DNA of 64,000 nucleotides from Amoebophrya sp. A120 (Eukaryota > Protista > Dinoflagellata). The stretch is from NCBI GenBank assembly GCA_905178155.1, contig CAJINV010000002.1, positions 1,091,809 through 1,155,808 of the forward strand, given 5' to 3'. The notes under the pieces were generated by a model, which searched no databases, was not told the origin of the DNA, and saw only the letters and a program-made list of their open reading frames with translations. Every line of letters starts with the position of its first letter. Within the stretch, counting starts at the first letter, position 1. Made by a program: the position numbers and the translations under genes. Below are positions 25,367 through 39,200 of the stretch, piece after piece.

Positions 25367-26269
25367 CTTGGTCAGGTAACCAGAATAAACGCGGTTGATT
25401 TCTTTCTCAACAAGAACGTGGGTCCTAACGGTTTGTATTGATTTCTCCTAGGCTAGGAACTCAAAGCTCATGTTGCTGTTGTAGAAGTGATGAAAAGTAT
25501 TAATCTATCTTTTGCAGGAGGTTGGTGGAGGTGACCCCCCCCTTTTGCAACGCGACAACTTGCTGCTCGAGGAAGAACAAGAAAATGTTGCGTTTTACCG
25601 CGTAGACTCGTGGAGGAAGACCTTCGCTCTAGTACCGACATCGCACGAATTCGCATCGGGCCAAAAACTACAAGCACAATACCACGCACTACACGACAAT
25701 CGCCGAGCTCACTCAAAGCCAGCTTCACTCAGGATCACGAAATTCATCAAGCCGACGAGTTTACTTAATATCATTTCAAGAAGGCCAGCAACGTTCCTCC
25801 TGGTGCACGAAGAGCTGCGACTCTCTCCAACGATATCAAACGTGAAACAATGCTGACACTTCCGATGCTTTTCGTAATCACGAGAGCTTCTAGTCATCGT
25901 GGCGACGCACTACCACGACGCCGGCCAACGTAGAAAACACCTTTCGGTTCTTGCCTTTTACAACTGATAAACTTGTTTTTACCTTTTTGAGTTTCATCGA
26001 GTGGCAGTCCTGTGAGACAACTATAGTTGAAAAATTTAAGAATGGCGAATTGACTCCACCACATCAACCATTCTTGAGCAAACAAGCAGCAAAATGAACT
26101 GCAATCGAAAATAAATTCCGTATAGAATGGACTACTTCTTGGAAATCATGTCTCGTCCATTTTTTTTCCCTTCGCATCACGGAGAATCTATGGCTTTTTG
26201 TTGCCATTCGTTGTCTCTAAAAACTCTTTTGGTTTCATAGATAGAGAGCTCATCGTACTGGACGACCCT

Positions 26270-29200
26270 CTACTGGTACTGGTTCGCATTTGCACCGACA
26301 CCACTTGCACCACTTCCGTGTACAAGAAATTCCTGGCTTGCGATTGCGTCACCGTGAAGATTCAGGTGCTGATGTCCTTGCTGCCCAAGAGCTGCAGCGC
26401 CGGCACCACTTCCACCTAACAGATTCAAATCTCGGTGTGATCCCGCGGCCACCGCACCAGCACCGCCAACCCCATGATCTCCCCGCTGCTGCGCAAGAAG
26501 ATTGTAAAATGCCGTGGCGTGGTGGTAGAACTGCTGCATAGCGACCGCCTGTTGCTATCGCAAGAAAAAACTGCCTCACTGTGAACTTGTGATGCGTGGA
26601 ATGGAGCACAGAGCTATTTGTCTTGCTACACCTGCAAGACCTTGACTCTTTTAGAGGTATTTTCCCTTTGGAAGCGCGCCTGGCAAATTTTCTGTGTCAT
26701 GTGTAACAAACTTGTGATGCAGATCTTGCAAAATCATCACAGTGAAACAGTAGTTTTTTCCTGTGATAGTTGCGCTTCCTGCTGTACTACGGCTTGTAGT
26801 TGCATTGCAGCGTGCTGCTGTGCGGAAGTTGGGTCCTCACAGTAGACGCCACCGCTTAATAAGCTCGTCCCGGCGGTAGAATTGTTCGCAGGATCGAAGG
26901 GTGAGGGGGCTAGGAACTTGTTGTGCGGGTCAAGAATGTGACTGCTCTTGCTTGAAGATGCACCAGGACCACCAGTTGCTCTTGCAGCAGTTGAAAAACC
27001 ATTGAACGCTTTATTCTTCTTAAACGTAGAGGTAGAAGTTGAGGTCGTTGATCCACCACCAACTCCCACCCCGCTGGTTGCCGCCTCGTAGTATTTCTTT
27101 TTGCTGCGGGGAAGGCGAGCGGACGAAAAGTTCGAAGAGGAGCTGTAAGAGCCTTTGTTTTCACGGTCCGCAAGATGTTGAAACTGGTGTGGTCCGGCTT
27201 TAGTCTTCTTGTGCCAAGAGTGGTGGTCGGAAATGTTGACGCTCGTAGTACCACCTGTTGTCGGGCCGCCAGATTTATTGAACTTGTTCTTCATTTTGTA
27301 CTTGCTAGTTTTGTTGGCTGAGAAAGAAGCGCCGGTTTGCTGGTAATAGTCGGCGTTAGCGTAGTACTCATTGTCATAGCTGTACTTCTTGATGCTTGCA
27401 TTTCCATTTCCGCCGTTCTTGTAGTTTGATTCGTAGTATTTCGAAGTGTATTTGAAAGTATCATCTTGCGAAAAAGCGGCCGAGGCCGTAGGCTTCTTCA
27501 ATGCGTTCAAGGGACTAGTAGTTGCGGTCGGGACAATTTCTTCGTCCTCCTCATCTTCGTCCTCATCTGTGTCCGAGCTGCAGGTGTCCTCCTGATCTTT
27601 AGTACCATTCTCCTCATCCAAAATTTGGATCTCGGGCGAGTTGCTGTTACTACTCCGTAGCGACTCTGCCTCTAACACAGACCCCCCGGTGCGACAGGAG
27701 GACTCACCCGCGTTGGTCGTTTCTAACAGACTGTTGTCCAACTCGTACTTTGGGGAGCTGGTACTGGGAGCGGAGGTAGTCGGCGACCCGGAGTTTTCGT
27801 GGAGTAATTTAGAAGTGGAAGAAGCATGATCTCTTTCGGGACCAACATTTTTCTTCTTCGAGAACGTGTTCTGTGCCTGCTTCACAGGAGTTGACGATGC
27901 CATGGTCCTTGTCCTCTCCGGCGTGTTAGCATTCTTGTACTTGTTACCCGCTGCAGAGTCTGCTGGTGTTGTGTTTGAAGCAGTTGTACTTCCTATACTT
28001 ACATTATTTCCACACGGCGGGTAGTTGTTACTCATTCCCCCGCCTGCTGAAGTAGACGCGGAAAGCATCCGACTTTGGAACACCTCCTGCGAAATAGAAC
28101 CTGACCGTCGAGTAGAGGACAAGCCGATATTACTAGACCGCTGCTGGAGGTAACTGTAAGAACCTGAGCCACATTTTTGACGTTCCTTGCTACTAGCCCT
28201 CGAAGTAGAATTCGAACAATTCAACATCGTAGTTGGTGCGCCGTAGAAGTTATTCTTGCTTTTGTTCGTCATATCTAGCACGGGCGGTCGCTCCGCGACC
28301 GCCGGAGAGGTATGGAGGAGACAAGGAAACGATGGGCCCGATTTCCCTGTAAGACGTCTGCAGGGGCGCGGAAGGAGTGGCGGGGGGACGAAAACCCTGC
28401 AGGCGCAGGGCTTTTCCGTGCGTCTGAGCCCCCCGGAGAAAGACAATAGGCGTGACAGGGGCCCGTCCCAGGCCCCGGGAGCAGGAGAAGCTCTGGGTCC
28501 GGGGGAAAGAAAGAACAATAAATTTGCGATCTCCGGAGGAGAAGCTCCGCGGGTTCCCAATAAATTTGCGAGCACCCCCTCAGGCTGCGAGACTTGCGGG
28601 CGGCTGCTCGTCATTCTAGTTACGCATCCAAGGCGGCAGTCAGCCAACACAGTGGGACTGGGCCCGCTGTGTGTGGTAACCATTTAAGGCATCGAGAAAA
28701 GGCGCTTTCTTCTTTGTTTGTGCAGGGCGGCGAAAGCATCCACACCAAGAGGGGGCCGCCCCGGCCTGGCAAAACGTGGCGACCCAAACAAAGCGCAAAG
28801 CCATCCCCGGCACCGTGGCGGGGCCGGAGCTGCTAGTTCGCCTGCACTTGCGGGCCCAGCAGCGCGCGCCGCGCCACCCTCGGTCAGATAAATAAGGACT
28901 CACCCTCCTACGGCTGCGCCCCCTTGTCCCGGGAACGAGCGCCACGTCCCGCGCCACCACGCAGGCACGGGTTGCTCGGCGCTAGTTTCTCCACAGGGGG
29001 CGAGGGAAGCCAGGAGCGCGGGCGAGCTCTGTGGCGCAAGCTCGGGGCGAGCCGACCCGCGGGGCAATGGGGGCAGTTTTCTCCTAGTAAGCTCTCTACT
29101 AGTACGCTTACTAGTAGTTTTTTTGCTTGCTTGTCCGGATAAGATTACTAGCAACGTTGTTTACTAGTAAAATTCTCGGATTTTCCTTACTAGTAAGATT

Positions 29201-32200
29201 TTACTAGTGGAAATCGGGTTAGGCGCCAATCACTTTCCTTGCCGTATAGTATACCCTTCGAACAATTCAACATCGTAGTTGGTGCGCCGTAGAAGTTATT
29301 CTTGCTTTTGTTCGTCATATCTAGCACGGGCGGTCGCTCCGCGACCGCCGGAGAGGTATGGAGGAGACAAGGAAACGATGGGCCCGATTTCCCTGTAAGA
29401 CGTCTGCAGGGGCGCGGAAGGAGTGGCGGGGGGACGAAAACCCTGCAGGCGCAGGGCTTTTCCGTGCGTCTGAGCCCCCCGGAGAAAGACAATAGGCGTG
29501 ACAGGGGCCCGTCCCAGGCCCCGGGAGCAGGAGAAGCTCTGGGTCCGGGGGAAAGAAAGAACAATAAATTTGCGATCTCCGGAGGAGAAGCTCCGCGGGT
29601 TCCCAATAAATTTGCGAGCACCCCCTCAGGCTGCGAGACTTGCGGGCGGCTGCTCGTCATTCTAGTTACGCATCCAAGGCGGCAGTCAGCCAACACAGTG
29701 GGACTGGGCCCGCTGTGTGTGGTAACCATTTAAGGCATCGAGAAAAGGCGCTTTCTTCTTTGTTTGTGCAGGGCGGCGAAAGCATCCACACCAAGAGGGG
29801 GCCGCCCCGGCCTGGCAAAACGTGGCGACCCAAACAAAGCGCAAAGCCATCCCCGGCACCGTGGCGGGGCCGGAGCTGCTAGTTCGCCTGCACTTGCGGG
29901 CCCAGCAGCGCGCGCCGCGCCACCCTCGGTCAGATAAATAAGGACTCACCCTCCTACGGCTGCGCCCCCTTGTCCCGGGAACGAGCGCCACGTCCCGCGC
30001 CACCACGCAGGCACGGGTTGCTCGGCGCTAGTTTCTCCACAGGGGGCGAGGGAAGCCAGGAGCGCGGGCGAGCTCTGTGGCGCAAGCTCGGGGCGAGCCG
30101 ACCCGCGGGGCAATGGGGGCAGTTTTCTCCTAGTAAGCTCTCTACTAGTTCGCTTACTAGTAGTTTTTTTGCTTGCTTGTCCGGATAAGATTACTAGTAA
30201 CGTTGTTTACTAGTAAAATTCTTGGATTTTCCTTACTAGTAAGATTTTACTAGTAGAAATCGGGTTAGGCGCCAATCGCTTTCCTTGCCGTATAGTATAC
30301 CCTTCGAACAATTCAACATCGTAGTTGGTGCGCCGTAGAAGTTATTCTTGTTTTTGATGTTGTTCGTCATCATATTACAACTCCGCCATCGCCGCGCCTC
30401 CAGCTTCGTCTCTTGGATCTGCGCCCGGAACTTCTCCATGAGCGGATTCTGCTTTCCCTCGACCGAAAAATGCAGCAATAAACTCGTCCGACTGGTCGTC
30501 TGGGAACTGAGACTCACGTTGTTCTGAAAGATTTTACGCTTCGATTTCTTCGTCAGTCTCTCGTTCAAAATTTCCTTCCTGTACTGCTTCTTCGCCGTGG
30601 CGAACCCGGACTCAAAGTTGCGCTGCCTGATAAGGATCAAGTCGATATTTTTGTATATCAAGCGGTGGCGGGGTTCTGTCCTTTACGTTTTCCAAAAAGA
30701 TCACAAACGAAAAAGGTCGACGCACGAGGCACAAAAAAAGAAAACCATCAATTCAGTAGTTTTTTTACTTCCTCGCCCGTTGCGGTAGCCAGTGGTTCAA
30801 ATTCGGAAGGACTTCTTTCAAAAAGTCCGGCACAAAAGCCACCTCCACCATAACTCCCGGGAAGTAGTGCTCCAGGTTTGTCCGAAGGTGCCGCGCAACC
30901 ATCCAATCCTCCTCGATGGCCAGGAGCTCGAGAATGTCGTCGGGCTTTAGGAGAGAGGTGGAATTTGTCATGCTGTTCTGGTGCATGCTGGTGTTGCTGT
31001 AAAGGTGACTAGCCGATCCTGAGGATAGAGGTGGAGGTCCAGCACAGAAAGAAGTCGAAGTTGTGCTCATTGTACTAGTACCCCCACCCACAACATTAGT
31101 GTACACGTAGGACCAGATTCGCTGTGGCTTCAGATGAGAAGTGGTCATTCGCGCAGTTTCGCAGTTCTTGCCGCTAGAACTGCAGCCAGATGTAGTTCCG
31201 CCCTCATCTTCTCGACGTTCCTGCACCTCCTGCACAGAAGATGCAACATGATCAGCCGGCGCACTGCCACTCATCTTTTGATCGGAAGGATTGATGCCCA
31301 TCGATGTTTTCCAGCTGCAGCAGGTGCCCGGCCCTCCTCCTCCTTGTTGTTTATTTCCAGCGGCAGTATTTTCCCTTTTCGCCGGGTCCACCACCCGAAC
31401 CAAAACCGATTCCCGAGCGTGCACTCTAAATTGGTTTTTGTGCACTTGCTTCAAAAATTCCAACATAGAAATCGCGTTTGTCGTGTTGGCGCTTGCTGTT
31501 TCTGTGCTGTCGTCCTTCTCGTCATTGGCGCAGGTCGTGCTGTTTTTAATACCGAGTTCATTATCTACCTCGTAGTCAGAAGCTCCTGACCCACCGCCCG
31601 CAGGGGCCGGCACATCTGCGGTGTTGCTTTTGCGTGATTCTTTCGCATCACAAGTTGAAGTTTCCTCCTTGTTCTTTTGTCCTTCCTCGTCGGTGCTAGA
31701 ACTACTACAAGTTGCCGCCTTCTTTTTGATCACGTAGCGTTTCTGCAGCTTCTCCGAGTTGTAAAAATCTTCATCCGTCTGAATTCCTTCTCTTTCCAGC
31801 CAAGCAAGCGTCTGCTTCCGCAGATGAGTCAACTTCTCTTGCTTCTGCTTCGCAGCTAGAAGATGAGCGGCTTGCGCTTTCTTCCGTTGTTCTTCTACTT
31901 CAAGCTGCTTTTCCTGTAGTTGTTTCTGCAGGCTGTCTTCGTCATCTTGCTGCTGGGCCGTCGAACAAGTACTGCTAGTACATGTTGTTGTCGTGGTCGT
32001 GGTAGAAGTCACCGGGTCCATTTTGTTCGGGGGTGAATTGGTGTTCTGCTCTGGAGGAGGAACAGCAATAGTTGAGCTACTTGTTGCAGATCCCGTACTG
32101 GGTTCTGCTGCAGCTTCTGGATGAATAGTACTTCCAGCAGTAGGAGTCGAGCCGGCAGCTGCGCACGAGTTTTCCATTGTGCTGGTTGTCTTGCAGGCAC

Positions 32201-32582
32201 TAAACGCAGTTTCACCACCACCGTTTTGAAGCTGCGCTGTCGATGTTGTTGCCGAAGGATCTCTGTTTTCGAAACATATATTTCCCTGATGAAGATTTTG
32301 ATTTACTAGCTGGCAAGACTGAGGCGCAGTTTGAGAAGTCAGCTCCTGCTGGCTGGAGTTGCTGTGCAGCTGCCGCCCGTGGTCGTGGTAAAAATCTTCA
32401 TTCGGCGTGACATAGTGGCAAGAACTACTCCCTCCACCCAAATCTTCGTTCTGTTCTTGCGAAGACGAAGAGGTCGTGCTTAAGCTTATGCTAGGAACAA
32501 CAGCCGACACAGAAGCCGCACCTCTTCGAGGAGCGGTAAGTTCGGTGCTAGATGGAAAGACCACGGCAGAGTTGTAGTACAT
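26270..32582 (-). CDS. Large low-complexity hypothetical protein; one gene spanning the 2.1-kb duplication
   Basis: ORF 30765-32582 joins 30301-30680 via a GT-AG intron at 30681-30768 (RARK|TEPRHRLIYK). It then crosses putative GT-AG introns 29321-30300 and 28275-29254 into exon 26769-28274, and element 26556-26768 into ..EAQQAVAMQQFY..NQYQ*. Confidence 0.6.
26556..26768. mobile_element. Introner, family F (TIR GAAAAAACT..CACTGTGA)
   Basis: DR gttgc/gttgc; frame restored. Confidence 0.85.
28211..30350. repeat. Tandem duplication, 1046-bp period (X-Y-X-Y-X)
   Basis: 48-bp X at 28211, 29257 and 30303; two ~1-kb Y copies differing at about 5 positions. Confidence 0.95.
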
Positions 32583-33270
32583 TTTTGCGATGTAGTTTCA
32601 TCAAGACGTCGTCTCGTATTTTACTTAAACCAACAACAGCCAGAGCAGCCATCCACTTCGGGATCTTTTCTGAAAGCGCCTGCTGCTCAATAACGCCACT
32701 ACTTAATAGGCGAGTCTAGTGATAAACTTTATCTTGCTGCATGCCAAAGATAATTTCAAGAACAGACCACACCGACAGTACTACGCACCAGATGGAGCGC
32801 AGTGAGGCAAAAGAAAGAGTAATATCCTAAAGTCGCAGAAGGTAGCAGAACAACATCAACAGAATACTTACATCAAAAACGCAGCTGCTGCAAATATAAA
32901 TGATCACAAATGCAACGAACACGTCCGATGAAAGAGGAGGAAAACAAATAGTGAACCAGACCGAAGACCTTGACCTGTCCTAGGGTTTCTCTTTCTTTTT
33001 ATTTTTTGAAGAACACCAAGGAGCTGCAAAAAGATTAAGACGGTCAACTGCAGCCAATATTGCTAAAGATGCTCAGGAGGCTCGTCTAAGTTCATCTTAT
33101 TTCGGTTTGTAAGTACAAGTACTTAAATCATCGCGCGCGTCGTCTTTGTAGTCAGCGAGGCTGCTTTCTTGGAGCTGCACGTGGGGCATGCTAAAAACTC
33201 CTGGATTGCAGCTCTTGTCGCTGAGTGGCTACTTTCTTCGCAAGAAAACAACAGCTAAGGACTTCCAAGC

Positions 33271-36200
33271 TCATTCCACCAACTGATACGCTTTCAAAAA
33301 CCCCCGGGTCTGTTCAGCACTGCAGTTTTGGAACCTGGTCCCGCAATTCCCGCACACCGCCTGCATTTCGCAGTACACAGACAAGCACCCAGATATGAAC
33401 TGCAAAAGCATCGCACTCGTATAAATGCATTACAAATTTCCTCAGCATCAGAAAGAAAATTTGTAATGCGTATGTAATTTAAAAAAAAGAAGATTTGTAA
33501 TGCATGATTGCAATACGAGCACGATACTTTTGCACAGGATACCAGAGCAGACCATGCCACTGTTCACTAACTTGCGGTGACATGCGCAAACCGTCGCCAG
33601 GTTGCACATGGTATTGGCCGAATTGCTAGTAGACGAAGACGAGGTTGATGTCATGCCGCTTGTTCTCATCATGCTCAACAACACGCTCGCCGGCTCGAGC
33701 GGTTTCAGAAAAAGTTCCGCTTTCGGGCTCGGCTGCAGGAAAAGGGTGTACAGCGCCGCGGTGGCGTGAATATCCTCGACTTTGTATCAAGTGTAATAAG
33801 TGTCTGACTCTGGAAGAATGCGCGATTTGTCATGCAGCAATTCCATGACCCGTGAGGTCTGGAATGCAAGACCTAGCATGACAGATTCTGTGCGATCTCT
33901 CTCATGCCTATCCTGCATCAGAAACTCCCTCCCGACTTGGTCAAAACTGGACGACTTTTGGTGATCACGCAACACAGATTTTTGCATGCTTCAGATTTAG
34001 CATGACAAGTTGCATTCTTCTAGACCCAGACATATTTGCATTTGATACTTTGTCGATCTCCACGATTTTCCCGTTCGCCTTCTCTATCACACAGAAAAAA
34101 GCTGGCAGGGCATATTTGTAATGCAAAAATAAATAGACAGAAAAACTTGTATTGCATATCCTAAATAGCATGCTATGAGGCCGCCCATGGCACATTTTTC
34201 TGTGTATTTATTTTTGCATTACAAATATGCCCTGCCAGCTTTTTTCTGTGGGATATTCTCGACGCCCTGCTGAAGCAGAACGGAGCGCTTGCAGGTCGTG
34301 GAGATGTTGCGAACATCATCAACCGCATGCTGATCTTCAGACGGAAGAAGTGCGGATCTTGTTGTCTCGTTCGTGCCATTTCTGTTTGTTCCACCCATAG
34401 CACGAGCTGCATCAGAAGTTGCGGTTCCTGCCTCACTGCAAGACGCCGGAAACCGCAGTAAATCCACTCTGACCTTCTGTTGGATCGCGGACAGAAACGT
34501 GCGGAACAGCGCGTCATAGAAGGCCGCTATCAAACAAAAAAGCGCTAACGGTTTTCTTTTCACGGATTGGAAATATGCATTACAAATCTTGCCTAGCATG
34601 CATGCTGTGCATAACAAATTTCGGAACGTTTTGTGATGCGTTACTGCATCACAAATTCCGTTAACGTCAACACTTTTTCCTATGATAGCCGCGTATTGGG
34701 TTTCACTCACCGAGCCGTCGATGATGATGATCCTGCCGCGAAGCGTCTGCTGAACTTGGGAAATATCGACAGTTGCTGAAGTAACAGCAGTCGCTGCGCT
34801 ACCAGAGCCTGTATTCATTTCGCTGTCGTGGTTTACGATTCCTCCCCCGGAAGACGTAGTTCCTGCGAGCCCCATCTGTGCGGTCGCGCTGGCGGTGATC
34901 AGCTCCTCGGCGTTTTGGAAGATGGTGACTTGGTTACTTCTTCGTGAAGCTGTTGAGCCGCTGGCGTGACCACCAGAGGGACTGTCTTCGTCCTCGCTGC
35001 CGAGGAAGAATTCCTCCTCCTCTTCTTCAAGCTCCAGCCTGTTCTTCTGTTTCAAAAGCTCCTCTACCTGTGGATTGTAGCTACCCAGAGCTGCTGTTTT
35101 TGCACCACCGGCTGCTGTCCTTTTGCTGCTGTTCTTCTTATTTTTATTTTTTCCCTCGAAAATATTAGAATTTGAAGACGTCGCCTTGGCATTCGCTATT
35201 CGCGTGTCGCCACTGGAAAACTTCGCGAGTAGGCACAGGGCCTTTGCGAGGACAGCCGGCATGAGGGAGTCGCGTTCCTCTTCGAACCAATCGGAAAAAA
35301 TTTTTTGAGCAGCTGCGCCGGGGTCGCGATCTAGCCTTACCGTGGGGGCCTCAGGTCTATTTGTACTTCTACTTGCGGCTGCTGCTGGTGAAGTAGTGCT
35401 AGTCCCCGAGGCGCGAACAACCTGCTGTGCCTTGACGACTCTTTTCTGCCACACTTGCAAGGCCATCAGAATGTTCCGGATTAGCCGCTGCCAATGCGCA
35501 TCAAACTCCGAAACTGGGACCGGAGGCAGCAACATGAGCTCACCCAGCTCCTGCACTTGCTCGTGAGGGGATCTCATCGCTTTGGGGTTTTTGAAATTCT
35601 ATGCATCGCAAAAGTTGTACAATCGTACTAGTAGTCTACTTGCATTCTCCTGATTTATTTTTCCGAAGGAACTCCTGCTAGAACTTGTCATGCGGATTCA
35701 GGCAGGAAAGCTACCACACTTGTCATGTGAAATTGGAGCTGCATTCTACGTAATATTACGAGTTGTACGACATTAGTTTTCCTCAGGATACATTCGCGTT
35801 GTAGGGGAGAGCGGTGTTCAGCTCGGCAAGGAGATGATGGCAGTCCTGCTTCGCAGCACGAGCAGGAGCACCCGTCTGAGAAGAGCTACCGCTAGCAGAA
35901 CTTGCGGAATGAATGAACTCTTTGTCCTCTTCGAAACGAGAGGAACTTCCTGCTCCAACATCCCGGCCTGTCCTGATTGTGCCCAACACGGCGACGTAGT
36001 TGCCAGCTCCTCCACTAGAAAACGCCAGCTTCACCAGCTTAGCGAGTTCCGGAATGAGCAGTCCGATGTCGGCCTCGTAAAACCAGAAACACGGATTCAG
36101 GTCCAAGACCAGCACGATCAGTTCCGAGGGCGGATGACTCGGCGGCGCGGCCAGGAGCAGGGGCTTCAGCGGCTGAAACTTGCTCTTGCTCGTCTTGGTG

Positions 36201-39200
36201 GGATTCGTTGCTATCATACTCGTCCCAGCCGGAGGCCGAAGAAGTGCATCTTCCGCCGGCGGCGAAATCATCCTCGCGCTGTCTACTAAATTGTGGCCCA
36301 ACATGCAACCCGCGGGACAGAGGTTCAAATACAGCTGACTCTGGATGCTGCAGGTGTTGCAGAAGTGCGAGTTGCACACGGGACACTCGACTTTCGCGTA
36401 GTCCTGTTGACACATCGCGCAGCAGGGCAAAAACTTTTGACGACGTAGTCTGGATGTTGAGCTGGATGATGGTGCACCAGGAGAGGTGGAAGGCCCTATT
36501 TTTCGAACATTTGAACTACTGTTCGTACTGCCGATGGCGGGCGGGAACGCGGCCGGTGGCTGCATTAGTTTCCGTGCTTTATTTGGGAGAGCAGCAGCAG
36601 CGGAGGTGCCTTGTTCGGCCTGACGATGACCTGCGTCCTGGAGGCTGCTCGAGCCATCTGTTTTGAAGTTGTCGGTTAGCCGCACAAAGGGCAGCATTTT
36701 CTGCTCCGATCGGCCGTAGTATAGGTGGCGAGCAGCAACTCCTGTAGAGGACGATGTACTTGCAAATGCATGTTCTTGTGCCCCCACCTCCGACTCCGAG
36801 CCGCCCCCGGCCCCGCTACTGCACCGACTCTCCACCAAGCTGGTCCCATCCACCAGGTAGATGCCACAGGTGAAGCACTTTGCCGGCAGGGAAATGGTAA
36901 AATCCAAGCAGTTATGCATTGCAAAAGTATCGCACATGTACTAATTGCAACTATGCATGACAAATCTTGTCCTTAAGGGAAAACAGCATGACAAGTCCAG
37001 TTCTCATGTTGCTGAGGTGGAAATTTGTAATGCATCTATACGAGTACGATACTTTTCCTTTTGCAGTTCATAGCAGTCCGGGCACTGGTACAGGTATGGA
37101 TCATCGTGATCCGTGGAATCTTCTACTAGGGCTTCGTGTTCCTCCTCCCCACTACCCAGCCGGTACGATTTCCCAAACAGTCGCTCGTACAGCGCCGGGT
37201 CGCCGATTGTCGTTTTTCCTTATGCATTGCAAAAGTATCCTCGTCGTATAAAAAATGCATGACAAATTTCCTCAGCATGAGAAAGAAAATTTGTAATGCG
37301 GATGTACCTTAATAGCAAGATTTGTAATGCATGAATGCGATTAGTACGAGTACGATACCTTTGCACCGCATATTCCCAGTCGCTCTTTGAAAACTTCGCT
37401 GCGACGGATGATCAACCTGGGGAAGCCCATACGGACCAGGTGGTGTTTCGTCGTTGTGGTTGTCGCGCTGTTGCTGACATCCCCGCCCTCGTGCTGCCCT
37501 TTCGTCGGCGCACTAGAATTTTCCAAGTGCGCGAACAGACATTCTTTGAATTTGTCAGCGTTGACCGCAATTTTGTAACTACTACTCAGTTCCTTCAGAA
37601 TGCGCAGCTCCGGGGAGATACTGACCACGTGGAGCTCAATTTTCTTATCCTGTGCAAAAGTATCGCACTCGTATTGCAGTCATGAATTGCAAATTTTTTT
37701 CTCAAGGTAAATCCGCATTACAAATTTTATTTCTCATGATGCTGAGGAAATTTGTCATGCATTTATACGAGTACGATACTTTTCCTTTTGCAATGCATAT
37801 TTCTCCTTCTGCATCAATTGCCTGCAGTAAAACTCGATTTGCTTGTGATTTTTGTCGAAAGTCGCGAGATTCGCCGTGCACAGAATAACCTCCCGTCGCC
37901 CATAGGCCGGACACTGCTTCAACTGCTGCTCGGCCAATTCGATGCAAGCTTGTAAGGAGAACTTCCCCGCGTGCGGACTTGTCGTTGCAACATTTGTAGA
38001 AGTTCTTGAGGCTGCTCCTGCGATAGGGTTTGCCAAAGAGGAAGTAGTTGTACTAGCGACCCCGCCGCCCGTCCTCGACAGGTGCGCCGACTTTCGTTCC
38101 AAGATGCGCACCAACTGATCCCGCTTGGCTGAGGAAATAGGGGAGGGAGAGGAAGAGCCTACAGTTGCGGCGGAAGAAAAGCTGCTGCTTGGTGGATTTA
38201 TTGCTGTCGCCCCGTACGAAGATGCAGATGCTCCGCGAGAAGTTCTCATGCTGCTGTTCCCCGAAATCGGCACCGCCACCTCACAGCCCCCGTTCATCGC
38301 GAGAGACACGCCGAGCATCGAGATTGGGTTTTTCTTGTGGAAAAACGAGACAAAATCCACCACCGTTGTGGCCATGCCCTCCCGGTTGGACGGTTTCCAC
38401 ACCGAGTGAATTTCCGACGTGTCAATTTCCTTGGACCAATCCAAGATGACCATCACGTAGCGAAGTAAAGACGCGGAGGGCGGCGGGGGCTTCTTGATGA
38501 TCCGGCTCGTACTCCGAGGTGGAAGTTCATCACTCCCTTGCCTTCTCGTCCCATCCTCGGCACCAAGGGTTGTGGCTGTCGTGGAAGGAAATCCTGTTGT
38601 TCCTCCGCCTCTGTAGAGCAAAAGTCGTTCGCGCTGCGCTTTTTCCTCAGCTTGCTGTTCCCTTAGTACCGCAGTGCTCCCACCAGTGTCTACCAGATTT
38701 CCGGTTTCCGAATCGACCTCCAGTCGGTCCCATTTCCGCAACTTCGCCCGGTTTTTGATTTTTTCAATTCGCTCGTCGTTGAAGCTGCGCGCATTCGCGT
38801 TGTCTTGGTCGACGTCCGTGTACTGTCGGAAGTCGGAGGAAGCAGACGAAGCTCCAGGAGCCGCGGCGTGATGTGCGGGTTTGATATATCAACTGTAAAA
38901 ATGTCTGGGTTTGGAACATTCTGACACTTGTCATGCACATTTTGCATGAGCCCTGATGTCTGTGATGCATGCCCTAGCATCACAGATTTTTTCAGAGCTT
39001 CTTGATGCCTATTCCGCATGACAAATGCCCTCTCCGCGTAGCAAAAATTACATTCCTTTTGGTACTCATGCAATACAGATTTTTCTGGAATCCAAATGCA
39101 GCATGACAAGTTGCATTCTTCCAGACCCAGACATTTTTACGTTTGATATGATATTTCCTCCTGCAATCGGGTTGAAGGACGAGGACGAGGAGGACGAGGG

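Noticed and set aside
28275-28683. N-terminal extension MVTTHSGP.. of the 648-aa ORF (and its copy at 29190-29729)
   Set aside because: It lies in the duplicated GC-rich Y block, which is better explained as intron; not fully excluded.
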